A DNA stretch of 49,274 nt from an uncultured archaeon (GCA_902384455.1 CABMCB010000053.1:1-49274); one strand, 5' to 3'. Numbered from the stretch's first letter, positions 10,374-20,372 are shown. Numbers and translations: made by a program. Notes: generated from the sequence alone by a model not told the origin.

Positions 10374-11612
10374 ATGCTGGACGGAATACTAACTTTTGAC
10401 GACTACGACTTCAACAATAAGACAGTCCTAATGCGCGTAGACCTAAACGCGCCACTTGACCCCAAAACAGGGGAAATACTAGACGACCGACGCTTCCGCT
10501 CCCACGTACCCACCATCCAAGAACTAATGGACCGCAACGTCAAACTCGTACTCATAGCACACCAAGGACGCCCAGGAGAACCCGACTTCACAACACTCGA
10601 AAAACACACAGCAAAACTCCAAACCCTACTCAAACGCCCAGTCAAATACGTAGACGCCCTCTTCTCGTCAGACGTCGCAGCCAAAGTCCACGCCATGAAA
10701 CCCAAAGACATCATACTGCTGGAGAACGTCCGACTATACAGCGAAGAAGTCCTGCAACGCCCGCCGGACGTCCAAGCAACCACCATATTCTGCAAAAAAC
10801 TGGCGCCAATGTTCGACGTATTCGTAAACGACGCATTCGGCACAGCACATAGAAGCCAACCCTCCATCGTAGGATTCCCCCAACTACTGCCATCAGTAGC
10901 AGGCCGCCTACTTGAACGCGAATACCGCACAATCACCGACTTGCTTAGAAACCCCAAGAAACCGCTCACATTCATCATAGGAGGCGCCAAATCAGACGAC
11001 TCCCTTGCAGTAGTCAAAAAAGCGCTTGAAAACGGAGCAGACAACATACTCATGGGCGGAATAGTCGCCAACATATTCCTTGCCGCAAAAGGATACCGCC
11101 TTGGAGAACCAAACATAGAATTCATACGCGGGAAAAAAGCCATAGACCAGATAGACCTGGCAAAACCCATACTCGACGCCTACGAAGACAAAATACATCT
11201 CCCAGTAGATCTCGCAATAGACGAATACGGCAAACGCGAAGAAATATCCGTCAGCAACCTCCCCACAAACTACAAAATCTGCGACGTAGGACACAAAACA
11301 GTCGAAGAATACGTGAAAATAATCTCCAAAAGCAAGACCATATTCGCCAACGGAGCACTCGGAATATTCGAAGACAAAAAATTCGCCTACGGAACAGAAG
11401 AAATAATCAAAGCAGTCGCCTCAGCAAAAGGATTCAGCGTAATAGGAGGAGGACACACAGTAGCCGCAGCGGAAGGCCTGAAGATTTCCGAGAAAATCAC
11501 CCACGTCAGCAGCGGCGGCAAAGCCTGCATAGACTTGCTGGCAGGATACAAGCTACCGGCCATTGAGACGTTGAAGCAGAGCAAGATGGGCAAGCCCGCG
11601 GATACTGAATAG
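10374..11612 (+). CDS. pgk: Phosphoglycerate kinase
   Basis: RVDLNAP, AHQGRP, LLENVR, VNDAFGTAHRS, GGGHT, HVSSGGKA; GGTGA SD upstream. Confidence 0.97.
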   Translation: MLDGILTFDDYDFNNKTVLMRVDLNAPLDPKTGEILDDRRFRSHVPTIQELMDRNVKLVLIAHQGRPGEPDFTTLEKHTAKLQTLLKRPVKYVDALFSSDVAAKVHAMKPKDIILLENVRLYSEEVLQRPPDVQATTIFCKKLAPMFDVFVNDAFGTAHRSQPSIVGFPQLLPSVAGRLLEREYRTITDLLRNPKKPLTFIIGGAKSDDSLAVVKKALENGADNILMGGIVANIFLAAKGYRLGEPNIEFIRGKKAIDQIDLAKPILDAYEDKIHLPVDLAIDEYGKREEISVSNLPTNYKICDVGHKTVEEYVKIISKSKTIFANGALGIFEDKKFAYGTEEIIKAVASAKGFSVIGGGHTVAAAEGLKISEKITHVSSGGKACIDLLAGYKLPAIETLKQSKMGKPADTE

Positions 11613-11637
11613 ACATATTTGTTTAAAATCAGACTCT

Positions 11638-12222
11638 TCACGGCAGGATTCCGGCCAGAGACATGCATACGACTATTGTCGATGACACGAAAACCGCCGG
11701 CAGGTAAGGATACGCATCGTCGCTCCCAAAGTGCTTGAGTATAGGCGACAAAAGCTCCCCCACGACAGCCAAAAATATGAAATAAGCACCGGCCGAAACC
11801 GGCGGCAATGCGGCGGCAGTCGCCGCGGCGGCGGCCACGTCCATTGGTGCAATCGACAATAGACGAATAGTTAACGCAAGAGACGAAAACGCAAGTATCA
11901 GAATCCATTTCACTATGAAGGAGATGGGCAAAAGTTCTCCGGCGAATAGAAAATACGCGTCAAGAGAAAGCAGCACCGCGACTGCGGCAACCCACACTTC
12001 CGCGAAATCGGATTGGGCTGCCATCCTCCTCAAATCGGATAGCGCCGCCACGCAGTAGCTGCCTGCGAGGAAAATCAGGGCGTAATTTTGATATATCGAG
12101 ATATGGTAGGGAAAAAGACTCATCGTTTTTAAAAGGGAATGAGACATAATATATTGGGGAGGGGAATGGGGTGTCTGTATGGACACCACAAGTATTTCAC
12201 CAACCATCCACCTTACACCCAC
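11638..12222 (-). CDS. Membrane protein resembling a degenerate prepilin peptidase (A24); true start probably downstream (about 12147 or later)
   Basis: Multiple TM segments; AALSDLRR, APMDVAA and PYLPAV loosely echo the two-Asp and PFLP motifs of A24 peptidases. Confidence 0.4.
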   Translation of the reverse strand: MGVRWMVGEILVVSIQTPHSPPQYIMSHSLLKTMSLFPYHISIYQNYALIFLAGSYCVAALSDLRRMAAQSDFAEVWVAAVAVLLSLDAYFLFAGELLPISFIVKWILILAFSSLALTIRLLSIAPMDVAAAAATAAALPPVSAGAYFIFLAVVGELLSPILKHFGSDDAYPYLPAVFVSSTIVVCMSLAGILP

Positions 12223-13135
12223 CCTTGTTAAGGCGGCTTCTATAGCAGTTGTAGGCGCTGTTGCTGTGTATTACGGCTACAAAAAGAGACAATCTGTTGT
12301 TGACGTGCTTCACGTCCACGTGGATCCGAAGACCAAGAAAATAGCACTTGGGATACGCAACAACAAAGCAGAAAATTTGTTCGTCCACGGCAGCCTAAGG
12401 ATAGTCCGGGAACGAAAGGAAACCGGCGAAGACGCAAGGGAGGCCGCGTTCAGCGAGCTTAAGCTTCCGGTTCACTTCGGCGCTGCAACGACGGTGCAGG
12501 TGGGGTACGACCTTATTGCCGAAGATGGCAGGCCGAGTACTCTGGGGGGTTTGAGCGTCAATAACCTTACTTATCCTCTGCCTCCTGACGTTGATTTGAC
12601 TGGGGGGGAGAATGTGCGCGCCTTCGTCTTCTACGGTGAGGACCCGGAGGACATGAGCCGCTGCATAGACGTGACGCTGCCGTTGAACCTGCGCAATCTG
12701 GGAGGGGGAGGAATCCAAGCCGCCCAACAGAACCTCGCATTCGTGTGCGCAGGTGGAATGTGCGTGGGCGAAAAAGACAGCAGGCAACATTACTACTTAA
12801 GGGACGTAGGCAAGCAGAACCAGTTTTACATCAAATCAAATAACAGAGAAACAATAGCGTGCGCCCGCTCACTTGACGAACTGCACAACTACCTGCTTTC
12901 GACGCCGGCAAACGTCTTCGCATTCCACGCCCCCTCGTACGACTTCAGCAACTGGGTAAACAGCGTAATCGGCGACAAAGAACTGGCAAACCAAATATCA
13001 AAAATAGAGCACGACGGAGGCCTAAACGCCAGAGCGAAAACCATCGAAGCATTGGGAAGCAGAGTCCGCGAACTAAAGGCCGCCGCACCGGTCGGAGCAA
13101 GCCTGAGGCCGTACAAATACAAGTTCCGCCGCTGA
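12179..13135 (+). CDS. Membrane-anchored hypothetical protein with C-terminal DUF5752-like domain
   Basis: N-terminal TM; C-terminal FYIK...ARSLDEL...FAFH...DFSNWVNSVIGDKELA pattern recalled for DUF5752-type domains. Confidence 0.55.
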   Translation: MDTTSISPTIHLTPTLVKAASIAVVGAVAVYYGYKKRQSVVDVLHVHVDPKTKKIALGIRNNKAENLFVHGSLRIVRERKETGEDAREAAFSELKLPVHFGAATTVQVGYDLIAEDGRPSTLGGLSVNNLTYPLPPDVDLTGGENVRAFVFYGEDPEDMSRCIDVTLPLNLRNLGGGGIQAAQQNLAFVCAGGMCVGEKDSRQHYYLRDVGKQNQFYIKSNNRETIACARSLDELHNYLLSTPANVFAFHAPSYDFSNWVNSVIGDKELANQISKIEHDGGLNARAKTIEALGSRVRELKAAAPVGASLRPYKYKFRR

Positions 13136-13170
13136 TTGCTTTTATTTTCCCTCGCTGTAAGGCATATGAA

Positions 13171-13866
13171 ATGAACTACATCAAGCAGATTGCGTTAGGG
13201 CAGAAAATAGACCCCCGCTTCCACTCCAGATTCACCCGATTCAGCCGAGGAACATTCGACGGGCCAATCGCCACCCTAACAGTTGGCAAGACCGCCAAAG
13301 TAGTCGCATCCTACGACTACGTCACTATGCTTGGCGGAATACTGATGGGCGCATCCAAAGGCCCAACTTCGGTAACGGGCGTAGTGACAGCCAAAGAAGA
13401 ACTTAAGCCCATATTCAAAGAGCTGGGAATTCCGGCGACACACAAAAAAAGCGGAGGACTCTTCACTGCAGAAATCAAGGATGCTTTGGAGGCCGAACAT
13501 CTTTCTAGCCTTTACAGGGAAGTTCCGCATGCGTTCGTGATGCTTTCTTTTTCGTCTGGCGCGGGGAAGATTGCGACTAAGAAGAAGCTGCCTAAGCCTG
13601 GCGGCAAGGTTGAGGCCGATTTTGTTAAGGCTGATTTCAATCTCAACGAGCTCCCTATTGTTCTTGACGAGATATTTTTTGGCGCTGAAAAAGGCGTTAA
13701 GAAGGCTACTGTCTCGAATGCGTACGTCATAACGGAGTTCGTGGTTCCCGACGGCGTCACAGACCCCGCCAAAATAAGGATTGACGCCTTGCGCAAGGGA
13801 GTTGTGAAACGCACTCTTGAGGCGGACGGTAAAACTAAGACTGCGGAGTTTCCTTTCGCAGTCTGA
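13171..13866 (+). CDS. Hypothetical protein
   Basis: 231-aa ORF with normal composition; no motif recognised. Confidence 0.65.
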   Translation: MNYIKQIALGQKIDPRFHSRFTRFSRGTFDGPIATLTVGKTAKVVASYDYVTMLGGILMGASKGPTSVTGVVTAKEELKPIFKELGIPATHKKSGGLFTAEIKDALEAEHLSSLYREVPHAFVMLSFSSGAGKIATKKKLPKPGGKVEADFVKADFNLNELPIVLDEIFFGAEKGVKKATVSNAYVITEFVVPDGVTDPAKIRIDALRKGVVKRTLEADGKTKTAEFPFAV

Positions 13867-14050
13867 ACCCCGCGATTGTAGCCCCCCTGTAACTCCCTGC
13901 CTCATTGATTGACCGATTGGTCTTCTGCTCTCAGCTTAGAGTGACCCAAAAAGGGGGCGATAAAGAAGGGGGAACTGTTTGTTAAAAACACGGCCGTTTT
14001 TTAGTGGCCTCTCATATACCTAACTTACGTTTTCACATTGGGTGGCTTAA

Positions 14051-15343
14051 ATGAGTGACAGCATTATTAAGGCGGTCGTTGCTCGCGAAGTCTTAGACAG
14101 CCGCGGCAACCCCACGGTAGAAGCAGAACTGACGACAAACGCAGGCGTGTTTCGCGCAATAGTCCCTTCCGGAGCATCAACCGGAACCCATGAAGCAGTT
14201 GAGTTGCGTGACGGCGACAAAAGCCGCTACGGCGGGAAAGGCGTGCTTAATGCTGTGGGCAACGTGAACAAAGTCATTGCCGCCAAAGTTGTGGGAATGG
14301 ATGTTCTTGACCAGCGGGGCCTTGACAATGTGCTTATCGGCCTGGATGGCACCCCGAACAAGGGGAAATTGGGCGCTAACGCCATTTTAGCCGTCAGCAT
14401 GGCTGCGACTAAGGCGGCGGCCGTGTCTAAGGGAGTCCCTTTGTATGCTCACATAGCAAGGATTTCCCAGAGCAAGGGCGTTGTTCTTCCTGTGCCGCAG
14501 TTGAACGTCATAAACGGCGGAAAGCACGCCGGCCTGGAAAACGACATCCAAGAAAACATGTTCATGCCAATTGGAGCAAAATCTTTCAGCGAAGGCCTTC
14601 GCGCAGGAGCCGAGACTTACCACGTCCTAAAGAAGATTCTGAAAGCGAAGTACGGCGCAGGCGCAATAGGACTTGGAGACGAAGGCGGATTCGCCCCGCC
14701 CATTAAGACCCCGCAAGAGCGCCTTGACACACTGGTGAAGGCCATTGATGAGGCGGGCTACACGGGCGTCATAAGCTTGGCTTTGGACTCCGCAAGCAGC
14801 GAGTTCTACTACAAGGACAAGGGAAAGTATAATGTGAGCGGCAAGGAGTATTCTTCCGCTGAGCTCGTGGACTTCTACGCTGATTTGGTTTCGACTTACC
14901 CTGTCGTCAGCATCGAGGACGGTATGGCTGAGGATGACTGGGAGGGTTGGGTTCTTTTGAACAAGAAGCTTGGAGGCAAGATTCAGCTTACAGGCGACGA
15001 CCTCCTAGTGACTAACGTGGAGCGCATTAAGACGGCGATACAAAAGAAGGCCGCAAACAGCGTTTTGATTAAGGTTAATCAGATTGGGAGTGTCAGCGAG
15101 AGCATTGACGCCGTTCAGATGACTCAGAAGCAGGGTTGGACTGCGACAGTAAGCCACAGAAGCGGTGAGACGGAAGACGCCTTCATCGCAGACTTCGCCG
15201 TGGGCGTGGATGCGGGTCAGCTTAAGACTGGTGCGCCGGCTAGAAGCGAGCGCCTGGCTAAATACAACCAGCTTTTGAGGATTGAGCAGGAGTTGGGCGG
15301 TAAGGCGGTTTATGCCGGAAGGAACTTCAGGAAGCTTAAGTAG
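14051..15343 (+). CDS. eno: Enolase
   Basis: [57 protein letters not shown]. Confidence 0.98.
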   Translation: MSDSIIKAVVAREVLDSRGNPTVEAELTTNAGVFRAIVPSGASTGTHEAVELRDGDKSRYGGKGVLNAVGNVNKVIAAKVVGMDVLDQRGLDNVLIGLDGTPNKGKLGANAILAVSMAATKAAAVSKGVPLYAHIARISQSKGVVLPVPQLNVINGGKHAGLENDIQENMFMPIGAKSFSEGLRAGAETYHVLKKILKAKYGAGAIGLGDEGGFAPPIKTPQERLDTLVKAIDEAGYTGVISLALDSASSEFYYKDKGKYNVSGKEYSSAELVDFYADLVSTYPVVSIEDGMAEDDWEGWVLLNKKLGGKIQLTGDDLLVTNVERIKTAIQKKAANSVLIKVNQIGSVSESIDAVQMTQKQGWTATVSHRSGETEDAFIADFAVGVDAGQLKTGAPARSERLAKYNQLLRIEQELGGKAVYAGRNFRKLK

Positions 15344-15398
15344 GCGGATTTTGTGGGTGCGATAGGTATTTAACACTGAAAATGCTATTGAGGGTGAA

Positions 15399-15776
15399 AT
15401 GGAGATAAAGAAAGTTCATAAGGTCCTCATAGGTTTTGCTGTAGTTGTTGTTGCGGTAGTTGCCGTTCTTTCCGTGCTGTCGTCAAGCAAAAAAAGCCAG
15501 GACAGCGTAAATTTTTTTTACGGAGAAACATGTCCGCACTGCAAGGCCGTTGAGCAGTTCATAGCAGACAACAACATTAATGCGACTTTAAACATTATTG
15601 GGAAGGAAGTCTCTTCAAACAGAGACAACCTGGCTGAAATGTCTAGTTATGCGCGCAAATGCGGGCTTAGCGGCGATACTCTTGAAGTGCCTTTTGTGGC
15701 TGCAAACGGCAGATGCTACATGGGCGAGGAGGAGGTCACCTCTTTTTTCAGGAGCAAAATAAACCAAACTAAATGA
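15399..15776 (+). CDS. Membrane-anchored thioredoxin/glutaredoxin-fold protein (CPHC)
   Basis: N-terminal TM, FFYGETCPHC active-site motif, VPF cis-Pro motif. Confidence 0.75.
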   Translation: MEIKKVHKVLIGFAVVVVAVVAVLSVLSSSKKSQDSVNFFYGETCPHCKAVEQFIADNNINATLNIIGKEVSSNRDNLAEMSSYARKCGLSGDTLEVPFVAANGRCYMGEEEVTSFFRSKINQTK

Positions 15777-16276
15777 AAAAAATATTTTCATTTGTGTTTT
15801 TTTTCCTGGCCGCACCAACCGCCTCGGCAGTCTGTCCCGTATGCACCGTCGCAATTGGCGGGGGAGTTGGGATACTTAGGGTTTGGGGGGTAGACGACCT
15901 GCTTACGGGCATATGGGTCGGCGGACTATTGCTTTCAAGCTCTTTTTGGCTTGTGGACTGGCTGAGGAAAAAGAAACATCCCTTCAAGCACATGTACATC
16001 ATCACCACCGCCTTGATGTACGCAATAGCCTTACTTCCTTTGTACTACACCGGGTTCATAGGGAGAAACGTTCACAGCCAGATTTTGGGGATAGACCGCC
16101 TCCTTACCGGAACAGCCTTCGGCACAGCAGTCTTTATGGCGGCGCTCGTCTTCGACATGTACCTTAGAGGCATTAACGACGGGAAAGTTGCGTTTCCATA
16201 CCAGAAAGTAATCCTGCCAGTATCCTTTTTAGCGATAACGACCGTCATTATTTACTTCATCGGCACGATTATCTAG
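15773..16276 (+). CDS. Membrane protein with N-terminal CPVC motif
   Basis: Signal-like N-terminus, AVCPVC, four or more TM helices; ATGA/TAA overlap with the upstream gene. Confidence 0.7.
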   Translation: MKKIFSFVFFFLAAPTASAVCPVCTVAIGGGVGILRVWGVDDLLTGIWVGGLLLSSSFWLVDWLRKKKHPFKHMYIITTALMYAIALLPLYYTGFIGRNVHSQILGIDRLLTGTAFGTAVFMAALVFDMYLRGINDGKVAFPYQKVILPVSFLAITTVIIYFIGTII

Positions 16277-16285
16277 GTGACAAAA

Positions 16286-16846
16286 ATGAGCAAAGAGGAA
16301 GACATCAACAAGCTAATAGAAAAAGCGACGAAGACGGCCAAAGACAATAAACTCGACCTTTCCGCGGACGAGGACCTAAGCATCGGCATAATGAACCTCA
16401 TTAGCATAGAAGAACACCTCTTTTTCACAGCCCAAAAAACAGGTAAAGACGAATACTACCTTCTGCTTAAGGAAACCAGAGAGATGAGGAAGGGGCTGCT
16501 TAAGGAAATCGTAAAAGACTATGAAGGCGAAGTCTGGTGCATAAGCAAGCACCTTCTTGCAGCCAGCATGCGCCTGATGGAGGTTGGAACTAAGGAACTT
16601 GGCAAAGGCAACGACCAAAAAGCCAAAGAACTCTTTTCTAAGGCATACGACCTCTACACAATGTTCTGGGGCATCAACCTAAAGATGCTCGACGGCAAAG
16701 GCGTTGACAAAAAACAGGTCATCAAGGAGTCCGTGAAGGAAAACTACCTTACCGCAGCCGTCGCGCCCGACGAAGAGAAGAAGCCCGCATTCCTCTCCAA
16801 AATGCGTGAAGCACTCACCAAGGCGATAGACTGCTGCAAAGAATAG
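16286..16846 (+). CDS. Hypothetical helical protein ending in DCCKE
   Basis: GGTGA SD before ATG 16286; EEH, WCISKH and C-terminal CC motifs. Confidence 0.7.
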   Translation: MSKEEDINKLIEKATKTAKDNKLDLSADEDLSIGIMNLISIEEHLFFTAQKTGKDEYYLLLKETREMRKGLLKEIVKDYEGEVWCISKHLLAASMRLMEVGTKELGKGNDQKAKELFSKAYDLYTMFWGINLKMLDGKGVDKKQVIKESVKENYLTAAVAPDEEKKPAFLSKMREALTKAIDCCKE

Positions 16847-17253
16847 TGAAACCGCCTCTTTCTCACCAGATGCCCATCGCGTTGGCATGCGGCTTTCTTG
16901 AGGACGGAGGCCGGATTCTGACTCTTACTCGCAGGAGCGCGTCCGGCGGGGAGTACTTTGAGGTGCCTTGCGCGCTGCTTTATTCGGGAGACGACCCTGT
17001 TGCCGCGCTTGTCGATGTCTTTAGGAAGAGTGCATGCATTGACGCGGAAGTTCATGAGGTGTTGTTTCAAAGGCAGCATAATTGCGGTTCGCGCAAGAGA
17101 AAAAAATGGATTTCCGCTTTGGTGTTTAAGGTGACTGCTAAGGAGCGCGTAGCTAAGCCTGCCGTGCCTTACGTCGGATTCAAATGGATTCCGCTTAAGG
17201 ACGTGGGGAAGTACAGGTTTTCAAGGGACTCCGAGTGGATGCGCCCTAAATGA
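16846..17253 (+). CDS. NUDIX-fold protein with degenerate Nudix box
   Basis: ILTLTR...FEVPCALLYSGDDPVAAL...GFKWIPL layout; the Nudix-box Glu residues are absent. Confidence 0.5.
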   Translation: MKPPLSHQMPIALACGFLEDGGRILTLTRRSASGGEYFEVPCALLYSGDDPVAALVDVFRKSACIDAEVHEVLFQRQHNCGSRKRKKWISALVFKVTAKERVAKPAVPYVGFKWIPLKDVGKYRFSRDSEWMRPK

Positions 17254-19165
17254 CTTTGTAGAGCGTGACGTCGGCGTTTTGAGCGTAAATGACGAACTGA
17301 GGTTCGCCCAGCCGGGTCTTTAGGTCGTAGAGCGGCTTGCACACGTCAGAGTTGCTTTTGCAAAGCGCAGTGCAGGAACTGTCGCATAATATGAAATCAT
17401 AGCCGGCCTCCTTCATGACCCTGCTTATTTCAACGGCATCGGGGGGTTTAGTCTTCAGCAGTTGGATTAACTCCGCCGTCTTGTTTTCCCACGACGCCAC
17501 GCTCAAATCCATACCTACTACGTACGCCGCAGGCAAACACACAGGCAAAACACTTGACCCCTTAGGCAAACCAGAAAGCACCTGATAATTCCCCGAAACG
17601 CCGTACAAACTCAAGTCAGTCGGCCACTGACCGTCAGTCTGAACCACCGCCTTAGGCCAAGCGGACGTCAGAAGTACGCCTGCGCAGATTAAGCCCACTA
17701 TTATGCGGCCTCCGGCTGCTTCGTGGCGGGCTGTGTAGTCGATGAATGCTAGGCCGTATGCTGCGATGTATGCTGCGGGGAATGCTATTGCGCCCCACAT
17801 TCTTGGTGCGAGTGTTGTGGCCGGGTGGCCGTAGCTCATTAGTGCTATGGCGGTTAGTGTGAGCCATGTTAGTGTTAGGGTGGTGTTTTGGGTTGACGCT
17901 TTTTCTTTGAATGCGGGTGTGTCTTTTCGTTTTAGGGTTGTGTATGCTGCGGTTGGTAGGGATATTAGTAGGAGTAGGAAGTATGTGGTGCCGAATCCTG
18001 TGTGTAGGTATATGTTGCCTTGGGGTTTGGCTATTGCGAGTTCGTATAGGGAGTATGTGTTTTCTTTGCCTTGGATGGTGTAGTTTCCTGTTACGAATTG
18101 TTTGCCTGCGTTGTCTATGGCCGGCAGTTCCCAGCCGTATGTGCCCATTAGGTAGACCCAGAATGTTAGTCCTAGGATTATTCCCACTGTTGCGGCTGCG
18201 ATTGTTCTGCGGCGGTTTGTTTTCTTTTCGGGTATTGCCGCAAAGAGTATGATTGTGAATGCGTTTATGATTGCTAGAAATGGTTGTATTAGGAGGGCTC
18301 CTGCGGCTGGCAGCGCTGAAGCCATCATTGTTTTCCTGTTTATGTGCGCTTCCGCGAGCATTGTGAGCGCGGGGTACAGTGCGGTTAAGGCGTATGTGTG
18401 GGCCCATATTGCGTGGGTTTGGTATCCCGGCAGGCATGCCGTAAGTAATGATGCGTAGAAGGCTAGCGTCCTGTTTTTGCTCAGCCGGTATGCCAGCAGG
18501 TACGCGAATGCTACGCCTAATGCCGCTATCAGTGCGTTGCCTGCTTTGAGGGTCCATGATATTGAAGGGTTAGGTTGCGCCGCAACTCCGATTAATGTGT
18601 CGTAGAATGGCGGGTAAGGCATCAGGTAATGGCTGACGTAGACGCCGGAGGGAGGAGTGTATGAACCGGTCTCACGGACGTAATACGCGCCTGCGGCATG
18701 CTGCCAGCTGTCGCCGTCCTCAAGGAACCACTGGTTAAATGCGCCTAAAGTGAACAGCATTAAGAGCGCAAGCGCCACCGCCAAACAGCCATAGAACGGC
18801 GCCTTGTCTTCGGACAGTTTTTTAGCCGGCCTCTTAAGTCGCGTCCGCTGCGCATAGGTTATGAAAGGTATGAGCCAGCAGACTGTGATGTAGATATACC
18901 ACCTGTGGGGTATGCCAAGCAACTCGAATATGAATGCGAGAAAGGGGAATGATGCGAGCCCGACTCCGATCTCCAGGAATATTCTTTCTCCTGCGCTCCA
19001 AAAGTCGGATTTGTATGAGGATAGAATTGCGGATCCTAAACCTAGAGGAATCCCCAGAAGGAGGATTACGGAAGCTAACCGCGCTAAACTCGAGGGTTCG
19101 CCTGCCGGGAATAAAAGCAGGTCACCGATTAGAAGAAGACACAGCAAGTAAGCCCATTTCTTCAT
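17246..19165 (-). CDS. Multi-pass membrane protein, putative GT-C-type glycosyltransferase
   Basis: About 12 or more TM helices; loop EDGDSWQH...YPP resembling GT-C first loop. Confidence 0.55.
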   Translation of the reverse strand: MKKWAYLLCLLLIGDLLLFPAGEPSSLARLASVILLLGIPLGLGSAILSSYKSDFWSAGERIFLEIGVGLASFPFLAFIFELLGIPHRWYIYITVCWLIPFITYAQRTRLKRPAKKLSEDKAPFYGCLAVALALLMLFTLGAFNQWFLEDGDSWQHAAGAYYVRETGSYTPPSGVYVSHYLMPYPPFYDTLIGVAAQPNPSISWTLKAGNALIAALGVAFAYLLAYRLSKNRTLAFYASLLTACLPGYQTHAIWAHTYALTALYPALTMLAEAHINRKTMMASALPAAGALLIQPFLAIINAFTIILFAAIPEKKTNRRRTIAAATVGIILGLTFWVYLMGTYGWELPAIDNAGKQFVTGNYTIQGKENTYSLYELAIAKPQGNIYLHTGFGTTYFLLLLISLPTAAYTTLKRKDTPAFKEKASTQNTTLTLTWLTLTAIALMSYGHPATTLAPRMWGAIAFPAAYIAAYGLAFIDYTARHEAAGGRIIVGLICAGVLLTSAWPKAVVQTDGQWPTDLSLYGVSGNYQVLSGLPKGSSVLPVCLPAAYVVGMDLSVASWENKTAELIQLLKTKPPDAVEISRVMKEAGYDFILCDSSCTALCKSNSDVCKPLYDLKTRLGEPQFVIYAQNADVTLYKVI

Positions 19166-19270
19166 CTCGTCAGAGAGTAAGGATTTCGCGCTTAAGTTTG
19201 GCTTGTCTGGCAGAAGTAAGTGATAGGGCAGACTAAATAAGATTTCTTAGCCAGTCGTATAGGCGGGTGT

Positions 19271-19993
19271 TTATCTGCGGCTGAATCCTCGTTTTCTGCG
19301 TTGGCGTCGTTTGCGTTCCAATGCTTCAAGGAGGTATGGTTGAGGTTCGGCTGTGCTTATGAATTCTTCGAGCGGCGCGTCAAACCCTTCTTTGCCCCAT
19401 TGCTTGAGCACTTCGCGGGTGAGGATTTTGTAGATGAGTGCGAGAGAGTTCTTTCCTTTGTTGTTGCTTGGTATGACGAAGTCGATGTTCTTTAGGCGGG
19501 TGTTTGTGTCGCAGATTGCTAGCACCGTGATTCCTGATGCTGCCGCCTCCTTTATGGCTTGCTGGTCTGCGGTGGGGTCTGTGACTATAAGTAGTTTGGG
19601 TTCAACGTACGAGCGTATGTTTGGGTTCGTGAGTGTGCCTGAGACGAAGCGTTCTGGAACTGTTTTTGCGCCGGTGTATGTGGCGAACTTTTTTGCCGGC
19701 TGCCTGCCGTAAACGCGGTTGCTGACTACGAGTATTTCTTCAGGGCGGAACCTGGCGATAAACTGGGAAGCAAGCCTTAGGCGCTCGTCAATCTTCTGGA
19801 CGTCGAAAACGCAAAGCTTGTCGCTCCTAATCTTGTATATGAACGGACGCATGTCGGAGGTCCTGTATTTGAGGCCTACGTGTACGCCGTTGCTTAGGTA
19901 GTCGTCTAGTGAAACCAGGAGGTTTTCAGATGATGCCTTCGGTTGTTCAAGCAGTTCGGCTTGCGTCGTGGCGGTTGTTTCTTCTTCGCTCAT
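19271..19993 (-). CDS. rps2: 30S ribosomal protein S2 (uS2)
   Basis: YLSNGVHVG, RFVSGTLTNP, VTDPTADQQAIKEA, IPSNNKG. Confidence 0.96.
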   Translation of the reverse strand: MSEEETTATTQAELLEQPKASSENLLVSLDDYLSNGVHVGLKYRTSDMRPFIYKIRSDKLCVFDVQKIDERLRLASQFIARFRPEEILVVSNRVYGRQPAKKFATYTGAKTVPERFVSGTLTNPNIRSYVEPKLLIVTDPTADQQAIKEAAASGITVLAICDTNTRLKNIDFVIPSNNKGKNSLALIYKILTREVLKQWGKEGFDAPLEEFISTAEPQPYLLEALERKRRQRRKRGFSRR

Positions 19994-20166
19994 TTTCTTT
20001 TGATTGTGAGGGGAATTACGTCCTTTTCGTATTCGAGTTTTGCGATTTCAAGTGTCGTGAGGGCGATTGCAGGCAGTTTAGCCAGTACTGGCGCGCCCAT
20101 CTTGAGTTGGAGGGCGCGAGCGCCGATTAGGCGGGCCTTCTCGTATTTGGTTAGTTCCTCTTTCAT
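19990..20166 (-). CDS. rpoK: RNA polymerase subunit Rpo6/K (58 aa, below the ORF-track cutoff)
   Basis: Manual translation MKEELTKYEKARLIGARALQLKMGAPVL...IPLTIKRK. Confidence 0.95.
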   Translation of the reverse strand: MKEELTKYEKARLIGARALQLKMGAPVLAKLPAIALTTLEIAKLEYEKDVIPLTIKRK

Positions 20167-20169
20167 CCT

Positions 20170-20367
20170 CTATACCCTCCTGTACTTCATTATTTCATCG
20201 ACGATGTCGTTGTGGGATATGAACATCCTGCGGCAGCAGTAGCGGCTGTAGCCTAGGTTATCGAGGACTTTGGCGGGGTTTTCTCCTCCGGTCGAGCGCT
20301 TCTTGTATTCTTCCCAGTGGTGGGATATCGGCTTCCCGCATGTGAAGCAACGCATCGGTATTATCAT
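20170..20367 (-). CDS. rpoN: RNA polymerase subunit Rpo10/N
   Basis: MIIPMRCFTCGK...RYCCRRM. Confidence 0.97.
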   Translation of the reverse strand: MIIPMRCFTCGKPISHHWEEYKKRSTGGENPAKVLDNLGYSRYCCRRMFISHNDIVDEIMKYRRV

Positions 20368-20372
20368 TTTTT

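Noticed and set aside
13878-13960. TPP riboswitch or C/D box sRNA
   Set aside because: CTGAGA is present on the minus strand, but the CCUGAU/AGGGA core arrangement and ordered C/D boxes are absent
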